DNA of 59,528 nt, the filler included, from Basidiobolus ranarum (Eukaryota): NCBI GenBank assembly GCA_040143965.1. It is 3 parts of 3 records of this genome, joined end to end, with 100 filler letters (N's around TTAATTAATTAA, not from the genome) between each part and the next. Parts side by side here need not be neighbours in the genome. Positions count along the whole stretch, not along the records: positions 39,779 to 59,528 come from JASJQH010007119.1; 2 more parts are not named here. One strand, given 5' to 3'. Under the pieces are notes generated by a model. It had not been told where the DNA came from. It ran no database searches and worked only from the letters and a program-made list of their open reading frames with translations. Shown piece by piece: positions 47,916 to 59,528 of this stretch (its first letter is position 1; the number at the start of each line of letters is the position of its first letter). The translations under genes were made by a program, and so were the position numbers.

Positions 47916-48061
47916 TTTTCCTAGCACATTCTACACACTAGTTCTCTCATATCTTGATAAAACTATTAATATCAACTTTCTATTTAATTAGTCAATAAGT
48001 AAAACCACCAATTTCTCTAATTCTCCAAACCACCTCCAACAGGCTCCCAAATACTTCGACA
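47916..48061 (+). repeat. Truncated 5' LTR of copy A
   Basis: Matches the 3' ~145 bp of the LTRs at 49287 and 57436 (..AATTCTCCAAACCAC.TCCAACAGGC.CCCAAATACTT..ACA). Confidence 0.85.
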
Positions 48062-49286
48062 GGTTATGAGCTCCAAGCTTTCACTCTCTGTAATGTCTAC
48101 TTCTCAAACTTCTGGAACCTTCCATCTTCTGAAAAATTGAATGGAACCAATTATCAAACTTGAAAAATCAAAATAAAAGTGCTGCTGTAAGAGAAAGGAC
48201 TTGAGGACACTGCTGTAAGAGAAGAAAGTGATGCAAAACTATTTGAAACCAAAGCTTTACTCTAAGCTAAACAAGAATAAAGTTCTTGTTACACAATTTG
48301 TCTTAATATTAAAGACAAATTACTAATATTCAATTTTCAAGAGCCAAAACTGCCTACAAGGTATTGAAAGCCTGGAAGGACACCAACCAAACATGTTCTG
48401 CTGCCAATGACATGCTTCTAACAATACAATTCTTTAACTTAAAGATGAAGCCAGGAAAAGACATTGAAACATTAATTAATAGAGTAACTATTTTGGTGGA
48501 TGAAATGGAATGCATTGGAGTACCTACTACTGATCAGGATATCTCAATTATAGTCCTGAATAGCCTGCCTCATGTGCTTCAGAGCCTAGTAGTGGCTCTA
48601 AAATCATGAACTAAAAGTTTGACCATAAATTATATATTTGGCAGACCTCTGGATGAAGATTTATGCAAATTAGGATCAAACTAAAAGAATGCAGAAAATG
48701 CTTCAAAAGGCTGTGGGAAACCTGCCAATAAAGGCCAAAAGCACTTTAAAAAGAAAAGTAACATATTCTATGATTACTATGAAAGAACTGGACATTAAAG
48801 CTCATGTTGCTTCAAGAGAAGTGAAAAAAAGAAAAATGTACTGATTCAGGAAATGAGATTGCAACAGAGGATCACTTTTTCATATCTGCTTTATCTATGG
48901 CTCCAGAGCCTCCTAATGTTTAACAACTTAAAGACACTGGTTTATGGAATGTGAAGAGAACTCAATTAGAGAGGTTTTTATTTTAATGACCATATATTGA
49001 ATGCCATTGGAATGGGAACAAATGAAATCAATATAACTAATGCTTCTGAAGTGAAAGTGTATACTTTCAAGGATATATTATATGTTCCAGATATTGTTAA
49101 GAGTTTAATATCTGTATGCAAAGCCATCTCATAAGGGCTAAAGTACATTTTTGATAAGTCAGGATGCACCATCACTGATCAAAATAGGAATTATTTAGCT
49201 TTGGGAAAAAAGGTTCTGGGCTTGTACAAAGTTATATATAGTCAAAGGGGTATATATGTAAATATAAGTTATTCAAATGTAGAAAC

Positions 49287-49633
49287 TGTTTAAGTATTTG
49301 GGAGCCTGTTGGAAGTGATTTGGAGAATTAGAGAAATTGATGGTTTTCACTTGCTGATGTATAGAGTGAAAGTTGACATTTATAGTTTTGTCAAGATTTA
49401 AGCAAACTGACATGTAAAATGTGTTAAGAAAGGTCCCAGAAACATGTGTGCAAAGTCTGGGGCTTTTAGCACAAGTTTGAAAAATCTATATATCTGAGAA
49501 CTTCAAAGTTGGTAAAGATATCTTAAGTAAATTACAATTGAGAATAATGGATAATATCTTAGTGAAATATAAGATAACTAAGTACTAAGCTATGTGTGAC
49601 TATATAGGTGTTTAGGCAATGCCAATGTCAACA
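49287..49633 (-). mobile_element. Solo LTR inserted antisense into copy A
   Basis: 347 bp, TGTT..AACA termini, GAAAC direct repeat at 49282-49286 and 49634-49638. Confidence 0.93.
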
Positions 49634-51889
49634 GAAACTATTCAATTATGGCATAAGAGATTTGGCCATGTTGGATTTGATTATTTGGGCAAGCTCTCTC
49701 TATCTTTGAAGATTCTTAAACTCTTGCGAGGACTTAAACTGGAACTAAAATCAAGAAAATAGGCATTGATAATGGTGGAAAATATAATTCAACACTATTT
49801 AATCACTTTGCAAAGTTCACAGAATCAAGCAAGTATCTACTGCCCATATTCATCTCAACAAAATGGAGTTGCCAAAAGAGCTAATAGGACTATGATAGAA
49901 GTGGTCAGATCTATGATAAATGTGCCAAATTCATCTCATAATTTTTGGGTGGAATGTGTTGCTACAGCTGCATATCTGAAGAATAGGAGTTATATTTGAA
50001 GTCTGTCTACCTCTTCAACATATCAAGCTTGGTTAGTTGTTAAACCTGATGTCAAACATTTGAGAATCTTTGGATGCATTGCTGGTGTCAAAATTATGAC
50101 TAAAAATCAGTCTAAATTGAATCCAAAAAGTAAGATATGCATATATCTGCATAATTGTACATTAGCTAAGGCCTGCAGACTCTATGATATTGAAGTTTCA
50201 AAGTTAATCAAGTCCAAGGATGTTTTGTTTGATGAAAGTGAAAAATATTCACAAGTAATGACCTCAGATATTGACAATTTTTGATTTCTCCTGATCCAAT
50301 CATTCAAACAGATCTAAACCAAAACAATAAAGAAAATACCATTCCTGTGGACCCTACAACCAAAATTTAGACTACTATAGTGCCCAATGCTATGCCAGAA
50401 GTTGTAGTACCTTTATGCCAAATCAAGAGATCAAATTGGATCCAAAATAGCAACAAGTAGTATATCAATGAGTTTCAAAATTGGGCCTATGCCTGCACAG
50501 CTCAAATACATGAGCCTCAGGCTGTAAAAGGGGCACTGAATGGCTCTCACTTCAAATCTTGGAGGTTTGCAATGGCTAATGAGTACCAGGCTTTGTTTGA
50601 TAATCAAACTTAATATTGACTAACTTACCTACTAATAGAAAATCAATTGGCTGTCAATAGGTATTTAAAGTTAAACATAATTCTGATGGCAATTACAAAA
50701 GGTACTGGGCTAGACTAGTAGCCAAAGGCTATTCCCAAATACCAGGAGTAGAGTATATAGAAGCTTTTGCTTATGTAACCAAGTTTAATTCAATTAGATT
50801 TATTTTACAATTTCAGCTAAATATCAGTTTGTTATATATCAAATGGATGTTAAAGCAGCTTTTTTAAATGGGGAGCTTGCAGAGGAGATCTACATGGACC
50901 AGCCATATGGATTAGTGGATCTACAAAGCCCAAAAAAGTTTGCAAACTCTGGAGAATACTCTATAGCTTAAAACAATCTCCAACAGTTTCAAATAGCAAG
51001 ATAAACAAATCCAGCTTATCTGCCAAACTCAATATGACTAATCTTGGTCAACTAAAGCACTATCTTGGAATCTAAATTAAGATAGATAGAGCTACCAAAG
51101 CAATAACTTTCAACCAGTCTAAATATATCCTGGATATACTAAAGAAGTTTAAAATGGAAGAATGTAATCAAGTATCTACCCCAATGAAGGCAAATCTTAT
51201 CTTGACCAAATATGGCTCAAATCAGTCATTCTTGCATTCAAATGAAAGCTAGAAATTTCCTTAGCAGTCTGTGGTAGGTGGTTTGATGTATAGCATGGTT
51301 GTAACATAGCCAGATATTGCATATTCTATGCAAGTTATATAACAATTTCTTCAAAATTTTGGATCTTATCAAACCATAGCCAATAAGGGCATTTTGAGAT
51401 ATTTGCAAGTTACTTTGGATCTTTGTTGTGAATCAAACTTTGTACTGATATGATTTTCAGATGTAAATTGGGGAAGAGATATTAAAGACAGGAAATCTAT
51501 AACCAGATATGTATTTCTTTACAGAAGCAGAATACATGGCTACCTATGAGGCAACAGAAGAAGCAATACGGTTAAGAAAACTCCTAACCAATTTAGGATA
51601 TTATGAAAAAATTCACCAACTTCAATATTTCAAGATAAACAAAGTTGTATCACATTTGCTAGAAGTGCCATGTCTCATACTAGGAGCAAACATATAGATG
51701 TTAGACATCATTTTATTAGAGAGACTAGAGGGAACAAGTTTATTAACTCAACTTATTGTGCTACAGAAAATATGATTGCTGATATATTGACCAAATCATT
51801 AGCTAGACAGTAATTTTAGAAATTTAGACCTTCCTTAGGATTAGTTTATATGACTATATAGGTGTTTAAGCCATACTAATTTAAACTGA

Positions 51890-52132
51890 ACTTGGAATTT
51901 TTTTCCAACTTAAAAGTTTTCAGATACATAGATTTTTCAAACTTGAGCTAGAAAACCCAAACTTAGCACACATATTCTTGAGACCCTATTTATCACATTC
52001 CATATGTTTGTTGGTTTACCCCTTGATAAAACTTTCGACATCAACTTTCTACATCATATATCAATAATTGAAAACCATCAATTCTTCCAGTTCTCCAAAC
52101 CACTTGCAACAAACTCCCAGAATACTACAATA
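51890..52132 (+). repeat. Diverged, 5'-damaged 3' LTR of copy A
   Basis: CAGATACATAGATTTTTCAAACTTG..CTTGATAAAACT..TTCTCCAAACCACTT matches the LTR family. Confidence 0.8.
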
Positions 52133-54421
52133 TATATATATATCAATATCGCAATTCACTACCAATTCGATCTGCTTAACTGGACTCCGTATCATCTCAA
52201 TATACAGCCATACTACAAATAGTATATCAGTGTATGTTTGCCGTCGACGATATCGTATCTGGAATAATTGCCACTGGGGCAATATGTGTCACGAAAGAAT
52301 TTGCAAGACGGCTATCCAAATCAGATTTTGTAACAACAGTTAAAGAACATCTTACGGATCGATCATCTGAAGTTCACCCCATGTTTTTATGCAACTTAAA
52401 TAAAAAAACCGACAGAGATGATGGATTTCTAGTAAAATCTCATCAGTGGTGTAGTTTAATCTTCTGTTGGAAATTATTTTCAGTTCGGTCCTTGCTCTGT
52501 GTATCTCATTTGAGAGATTTACCACGTCGTTTCAAAGAGTATTGACATTTGTAATGCACAACTGAGTTTTGCCAATTACCCCAAATTAGGGGCACCTACT
52601 ATGATTATTGCCGAATTTCATGATAAATAGTGGCCTTTTTGGAGCCATGCTTGCATGGGATAGGTGATGAAGCTTATGAAACCCAAGAATGGGAATATTT
52701 AAGGAGTTTTGGTAACAGCTTATAAAGATTCTCGAATTCAAAATTGATTCATCCAGATCCTACATGGTAAATAACCAAGACATGACTGCAAGAAGTTCAA
52801 TCATTATTCTTAGGTATACTTAGTGGAATGAGAAGTGTAAACGCAATTGACCTGGTGGTTGCTGAGATTTCGCGCTCTGGAAAAGAATGAATCAGCAGTG
52901 AGCTAGAGCGCACTGGAATATCAATATTTAGTTGAAGTACACTAAGAGTATAGAGTCTTATACCACATAATCCGAAAAAAATGTAAAACCCGAGCTTGGT
53001 CTAAAGTTGTCTAGTACCTTTTTACTAGTACATGGCACGTTTCGAACACTATTATATTGGCACAAAATATGAAACTTTCATACAGATATTTGACTATCTT
53101 ACATGTAAAAATCTCCAGTTACAAAAACCCCAACAGTCCTCTATCTTGTAGGTATCAAAGAGAAATACTGCAAATCCTCAAACATGAATTGATGCCATGA
53201 TGGTTACGGTAGTACACTTGATGAATTAACCCTAACTGATGACGAAAGATATGCTACTGTGAGCTAAGATACTCAATATTTCCATCATTCATCTTCTAAA
53301 GAGTTGTCCATCTTTGTGACATCCTCGGCATTAGGAAATAGCCGTCAGTGATGGGAAGGAATAGGAACTTTGGTAAGATTGGATCATATTTGCATAACGT
53401 GAAGAAAACTGGTAGGTAAAGAACAATTTTTATTTGACAGAATAGAATGAAATAATTGATCCTCTGTGGGAAACCTACGGCATTTCTTTATCTTGAATAG
53501 CTGTCGCCCCTTTCTACTGAAAATGCTTCGAAGATCATGATTTGAACTTTTTGGCCATGCTGCTTTTTCATTCCCACTGTTCAATATCATTGTTTAGACG
53601 GCAAGATGGTGAGAAAGCGCCAATCGAAGAATAGATCATGGAGAATGTTCAGAGGCTTACCGGTTTAGTAGCTATCAATAGCAAGTAGTCAAATCCTACG
53701 TTACACCACAAGCGCCACAACAGAATCTATCCTTAATATAACTGCTAGAAAATGTAAACTGTCCCATTTATGTAACATTCCAATCTGGTACAAGGAATAT
53801 TCAACTATCAAGACCTGTAGCTTATTTGAGTACCGTTTTGGATGAAGAAGCAAGGGGTCCCAGATTATGTGACAGTTATTAGTCTGGCTAACTAGATTGC
53901 GGATATTACAGATTTCTTTAACGTTTATAGGGACACTAAAGATCGGTCACTAGATGACCTACTAAATAGACACTGTTAAGTTGGTCGCCTTCACTTTCTA
54001 AGTTCAAATCGGAGGTCGTTCGTGGTGCACTACAAAAATCACTAGTCGAAGTGCGACCAAAAAGGATAACAATATATGGGGTACCTTCCATCTTTAAACC
54101 TAGGGTGTAGATTAACCTGATATGGTGTTACAATTTATCAACCACCTCCTCATCGTAGATTTATATTTACCAGTGGCTAATAATCGTAAAAGCAAGCAAC
54201 TGGACGGGTGAGAAAAAGAAAATCTGTATGACTGGGCATAACAATTTCTCCAAGAAATAATCGCGATGTCGCCATATTCCAGTTTATCGCTTCATACTAT
54301 GTCCTGTGGTTTGGTTACGATTCTTCAAAACCGCGTGCTTTTATTCGAAAATCAAATCTGACATTATTTACAAGGTGTACTTGGCTATGTATAGCAGTGA
54401 TTCTTAATGTGATAGACTCAC

Positions 54422-55435
54422 TCAGCATACGTAATTCGGGGGTGGGCGATACTGACCTGCAGGATCCACAGTGCTGGCTGTTTGATATATCGGTGGAAGT
54501 TCAACGGGCTGGTAAAGAGGCAGTTGGTCATATAAGGTGGGCCCAGTCGAGGGGACAATCATTATAGGCATATCAATTACTAGTTGATCTTCACTAGTCT
54601 CGGTATTGGTATGGATGCGGATACTTAGGGCATGGGATATTTCTACCAATGAATTTAGACAGTCAAAACTGACGTTGGTATCGGGAATTTTGATAATTAT
54701 AGAATGGTCAACATCTATTTGTTCATTGGCAAATGTAGCTCCAACGAATTCAAGACGTCTCAAATATTCCCCAACGCTGATTTCATTTGGATTGGCTTTA
54801 GAAGGAATTTGATATCGAACGAACTCCTTCACGAAGCAACTGATGCTGGTAACTCTGCCGTTGACGGCCAGTGGTTTGGCTTTAAAATTGAGTTCAAATT
54901 TTTCACCAGGGGTAAACTCGTTAACGGGAAGTGAGACCGTGCAGTCTGCTTGATCTTTGAAAACCTTTTGAGTTAGACAGGCATCTTCCGTATCATAATA
55001 GTTCGTGCCATTACGTCTGATATAAATCGGACGTTCTGTTTTTATATCGGCAGTAAAGAGAGAAGTCTCTGCTACTGCTTTAACGGCATACTCCGCTTTC
55101 CCAAATTCACAGTTGAAAGAATCAGGAAGGTCGCCAGGAAGTAGGAATTCGAAATGATAAATGGATTTTCCGGGCATAGGCGCTGGTTTTTTGTTATCCA
55201 CGAGAGTTATTGAGTTGGAAATTAATGTGCGCTTAGTCTTCTTTACGACGGCCGGAAGTTGTATGGAGAGACTGCCCAATAATTGAACAGTTATTTTACG
55301 GACACGGAGGGCGCTCGAAGGATTAAACAAAATGGTCCCCCGAACACTCAGTTGAGAAGGGTTCATCAAGTCATCATCCTTGTAAAGCACATCTTTCAGT
55401 AGAAAGATTTCAAACGAAGAGGTTAGAACCACCAT
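54422..55435 (-). CDS. Alpha-arrestin (arrestin N and C domains with PY motifs)
   Basis: YHFEFLLPGDLPDSF..G..EYAVKA, VEISHALSIRI, C-terminal LPLY, PPIY, PPNY; single exon; TATAAAAG at 55484-55491. Confidence 0.9.
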   Translation of the reverse strand: MVVLTSSFEIFLLKDVLYKDDDLMNPSQLSVRGTILFNPSSALRVRKITVQLLGSLSIQLPAVVKKTKRTLISNSITLVDNKKPAPMPGKSIYHFEFLLPGDLPDSFNCEFGKAEYAVKAVAETSLFTADIKTERPIYIRRNGTNYYDTEDACLTQKVFKDQADCTVSLPVNEFTPGEKFELNFKAKPLAVNGRVTSISCFVKEFVRYQIPSKANPNEISVGEYLRRLEFVGATFANEQIDVDHSIIIKIPDTNVSFDCLNSLVEISHALSIRIHTNTETSEDQLVIDMPIMIVPSTGPTLYDQLPLYQPVELPPIYQTASTVDPAGQYRPPPNYVC

Positions 55436-57435
55436 AGTACCGATGTGAATTGTTGGCTAGACATGCGAATATGCTACCACTCCCTTTTATATTGGATATC
55501 TATGCTCAATATATCGATTTGTTTGCCCAGAGAAATTCGATCATTTGTACAAAAATCATCACACTAGAATCTGGTCCAATATTTGCTGTGGTCTAAACGA
55601 TTGGTAACTTGAAAAAGGAATCGACTAAGTGAAGCATCCAGATCAGATCCAACTCCTAATGCTTCAAACTCCAATGACATTAGCTCTCCACAATCACTGA
55701 CCGCGATCTTTGTGATCCTATATTACTATACAAAAATCTTTTTTACCTCATAAGCACTGAATATATACTTGGTATCGGTATTCAATAAATTCATGCTTAA
55801 ATAGGAAATATCAGTTATTGTTTTCATCCAAACATCAACGATTTACTTAATATATCGAGCATTTTGACTCCAACTTCCTTACCCTAAAAGAGCGACTCAA
55901 TCCATCAGCAAATTTCCAAACTAAAAGGGAAGTGGGAGAGCTTGGCAACTGTCGCTATCCAACGCCTGCAATAACACATGTAGCCACGCCCGCCATTTGT
56001 TACCATACATCTACTTTTTAATAGCATTTCCTTGTTGGTGCGATTTCTTGTGTATACATTTGTAACACCCGAAGGGAGGTGCCATCATCTCGCGACATTA
56101 GGTGGGTATGCAAAGCGTGTTCACTAGAATGCTCGATGTAACTCCAACAGCCAGCAACTCTCACTAGAGGCTGTGAGCAGCAATTCTAGAGTGAAGTCCA
56201 AACTGGGATAATATCACTTGGGATAGCTAAGTTAATCCAGAAGTACCAGATCGCAGTTGGACTGATATATTGCAAACCTTTCTAAACACAATATTTACTA
56301 GTATAGATGTTCTCTAGTGAAGCCACGATTTACTTGATCAACTCTATGTTACTCCAGATCATGTGCAGGATGTTAGCCCACTCTTTTAACCAATAAGGCC
56401 CTCTCACTGCCAGTACAGCTCATGTGGCTTCTGTCTGTCCCGTTTATCCCGTCTTCAACAATCTCAGCTAGGATGAGTCGGATTAATAATAATACAGAAT
56501 TAACCGATCCATCCTGTCAATTTGCCGACTGAATAAATTGTTTAAGGTAGTTTTCAAAGCCCTTTCCTGTTTCTAATCAAGAATTGAGTTGATGGAGTGT
56601 GCATACTGGGTTCAGCCATACTGTATTTTACTCGATATTTGTTGGATGTAGTTGGAGGGATCGAATTCCATCATCTCCACAGTACCGGCTAGTCTCCGAG
56701 CTTCACATGGAATGAAATTAGTAATGGCATTGAGGATACGGTTTGAAAGGTTTAAGATTGTTCTAATTAGATTGGAATATGCCACCGATACCAATTATCG
56801 AAGTAGGGATACTATTGGCTTTATGGTTTAGCTTGATAGAGTTGAGGTGTGATAATATCCGATGTTGGAGCTGAGAATCGCTGCATAAATACCGAAACCT
56901 GGAGAGTAGAAAGTACATGATGAAGTTGTTAGATAATCAATGCAGTACCCCTTCACTTTCTAGAGGCTCCTGGAACTTTCATATCGCTAGGAGTGTCACC
57001 AAGGTCGCCTCCTATTTTCAGGATAGAATGAATCTCTTCTCTTTGTCGAGCTTAAAAAGAAGTCGTCATTAATATCATGGGTTTTGTTAAGAAGTGTTTC
57101 TCACTAGCTGCTTTGCTCCTGGAAGGTGCAATTTTCTCGCGCATATTCTCCTTTAAAATTGAAAAACCACGTGTTGGTTTTTGGTTTGTAAACGAGAAAG
57201 TAACTGTCATCTCGTGAGAGTAAAGTCGATATAGTAGCCAATGACTAATCTGGTAGAAGATTTTGATTATATTAATAGATATCACGGTACAACAACGATG
57301 ATAATATGTGTATGCATCATTGAACTATTTACTTGTAGCAAATGTGTAAGAAAAACATGAGATGTTGTGGAGGGCATATTCACTATCACTTAAGACTTAA
57401 CACTTTTTTGCATGAATTCTTACAAATGACAATAT

Positions 57436-58800
57436 TGTTAAAGTATTTGGGGGCCTGTTGGAAGTGGTTTGGAGAATTAGATAAATTGGTGGTTTTCACT
57501 TATTGATTTATTGAGTAGAAAGTTGATATTTATAGTTTTGTCAAGATGTAAGCAAACTTGTAAAATATGTTAAGGAAGGTCCCAGGAACATGTGTGCAAA
57601 GCTTGGGGCTTCTAGCACAAGTTTGAAAAATCTATATATCTGAGAACTTCCAAGTTGGTAAGAATATTCTAAGTTAATCCAATTGAGAATAATGGATAAT
57701 ATCTTAGTGAAATATAAGATAACTAAGTACTAAGCTATATATGAATATATAGGTGCTTAGGCAAAGCTAATTTCAATACTCTCCCTCAACTAAATAGTCA
57801 TAGAAACTAATGCTAAGGAAGGTTTAAATGTCTCAGATTTCTTTCTAGCCAATGTTTTGGTTATTATATCAGCAATCATATCTTCTGTGAAACAATAAGT
57901 TAAGTCAATAAACTTATTCTCTATAGTCTCTCTAATGAAGTGATGTCAAATATCTATATATTTGATTCTATTATGAAATGTGGGATTTTTAGCTAATTTG
58001 ATACAAATTTGATTTTCTTAAAATATTATAGTTGGTGAATTTTGAGAATAACCAAAATCTATTAAGAGCTTTCTTAATCATATTGCTTCTTTAGCTGCTT
58101 CTGTTGTTGAAAGTGCTATCATAGGTTGTTTCTTTGAATTCCAAGAAATAGTTCCATCACAGCAAAGAAACAAGTATTATGTCTTAAATATCTTTTCTCA
58201 AATTTGCATCTGAATTTCTCATCAGATCAAAGTTTGATCCAGAATATGTGTGTTTTAAGCATAGATCCAAAGTACCTTTCAAATATCTGAAAATCCACTT
58301 AATTGCTATGATTTGATCAGATCTATAACTTGAACATGTTGGCACAGAACTCTCACAGAATATGCAATATCTGGCCATGTTCCAACCATTATATAAATCA
58401 AGCTACCAACCATACATTGACAAGGAAATTTCTGCTTTCATTTGACTCCAACAACATCTGATTTGAGCCATTTTTGGTAAAGATAAGATTTGTCTCCATT
58501 AGGGTAGATACTGGATTACATTCTTCCATTTTAAACTTCTCTAGTATATCTAGGATATACTTAGACTGGTTTAAAGTTATTGTTTTGGTAGCTCTATCTA
58601 TTGTAATTTGGATTGGAGAATCCTTGTTGGTAGTCATAGATAGGGCAGATATGAACAAGTGATCTTCTGTGGGAGCAACATTTCCTATTTAGTAACTTTT
58701 TCTTCTTTTGCAATTTATTTAAAGCGATCTTTGCATGAATGGCCAGTACTTTTACATTAATAAAATAATATGTTACTTCTCTTCTCAAGGTGCTTCTGAC
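57436..58800 (-). mobile_element. Internally deleted Ty1/Copia copy B, same family as A
   Basis: 3' LTR 57436-57778, polypurine tract GAGGGAGAG at 57779-57787, RNase H and C-terminal RT remnants (MIADIITK, SWNSKKQ, YILDILEKFKMEECNPVST), gag zinc-knuckle remnant near 58725-58770. Confidence 0.9.
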
Positions 58801-59118
58801 TTTTATAGGATGGTATATGTATCTGTTGGATAATTAATCTTTATTCAACATCATAGTTATCTTTAGTTATGATACATATATCAGAAACAGAAAGTAATGT
58901 ATCTACAGCCCCTATATTCTAAATAGGAATATCCCTATATCTATACAACAAGTATGTCTTATTACCCCCACTTATCTATTATATCTTATTACAGAAACTC
59001 TTGAATATCTCAAACAATTGATTTACTTTTCTACTATGTAAGTCATCATATACTCTTAAGAATAAAGTAACAACACACTATCATAAGTTGCTTCTAATAC
59101 TCAAAGTCTACCCCCATT

Positions 59119-59528
59119 ATGTCAAGATCCTCCAACATGGTAGCAGCAATAACAGGAAGAAAAATCAAATACCTATGCAATGATAATGGAACTGAATTTA
59201 GCAATGAAGCCATGACTAGCTTTTGTCAAGAAAAGGGAATTCAGCAGCAATTTACTATTCCATATAGTGCAGAACAAAATGGAGTTGCAGAAAGGATGAA
59301 TAGGACTTTAGTAGAGAAAGCACATACAATGCTGATTGATTCAGATCTGCCTAGGACCTATTGGGGTGAAGCCATTATATAGAAGACCTACACGTAGCAA
59401 CCATGACTCTAAAACTTCTATTGAAATCTGGACTGGAAACAAGCCTAATCTGAATCACCTCAGAATTTTTGGATCAATAGTATATGCTCATATTCCTAAA
59501 CCTCAGCATAGGAAATTGGACAAAAAGG
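59119..59528 (+). mobile_element. Copia integrase core fragment from a further element; runs off the window
   Basis: KIKYLCNDNGTEF..PYSAEQNGVAERMNRTLVEKA..WGEA, then WTGNKPNLNHLRIFGS..RKLDKK. Confidence 0.88.

Larger units (their letters stand above)
47916..52132 (+). mobile_element. Decayed Ty1/Copia LTR retrotransposon (copy A)
   Basis: Partial 5' LTR ends CA at 48061, followed by PBS-like GGTTATGAGC. Gag (KLNGTNYQT), [57 protein letters not shown] occur in gag-PR-IN-RT-RH order with many stops. Confidence 0.93.

Noticed and set aside
56612-57285. Short minus-strand ORFs upstream of the arrestin
   Set aside because: No motifs and no consistent splice path.

Overview
Eukaryotic, AT-rich fungal DNA with short GT-AG introns. 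Gene content and style suggest an early-diverging fungus (Basidiobolus-like; this is inference). Two identical 100-bp N/TTAATTAATTAA spacers (19823-19922, 39679-39778) split the window into three contigs whose adjacency is unproven. Contig 1 is gene-sparse and intron-poor: five divergent single-exon paralogues of an unnamed tubby/LURP-one-like family, a three-exon Ser/Pro-rich protein, a cAMP-receptor-like GPCR and a repeat/hairpin element end. Contig 2 is dense housekeeping DNA: mitochondrial LEA-like protein, FHIP/FAM160, LST8, PP5, SEC62, calcineurin B, a Tim17/22-like protein, two PPR genes, JJJ1 and the 3' end of malonyl-CoA decarboxylase. Contig 3 mixes intact genes (mL43/MRPL51, GPATCH1, an alpha-arrestin) with broken ones (RPT2 fragment, truncated ADE13) and decayed, CpG-depleted Ty1/Copia elements, including a nested solo LTR with a 5-bp target-site duplication. 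All family calls are by motif recognition; no searches were run.
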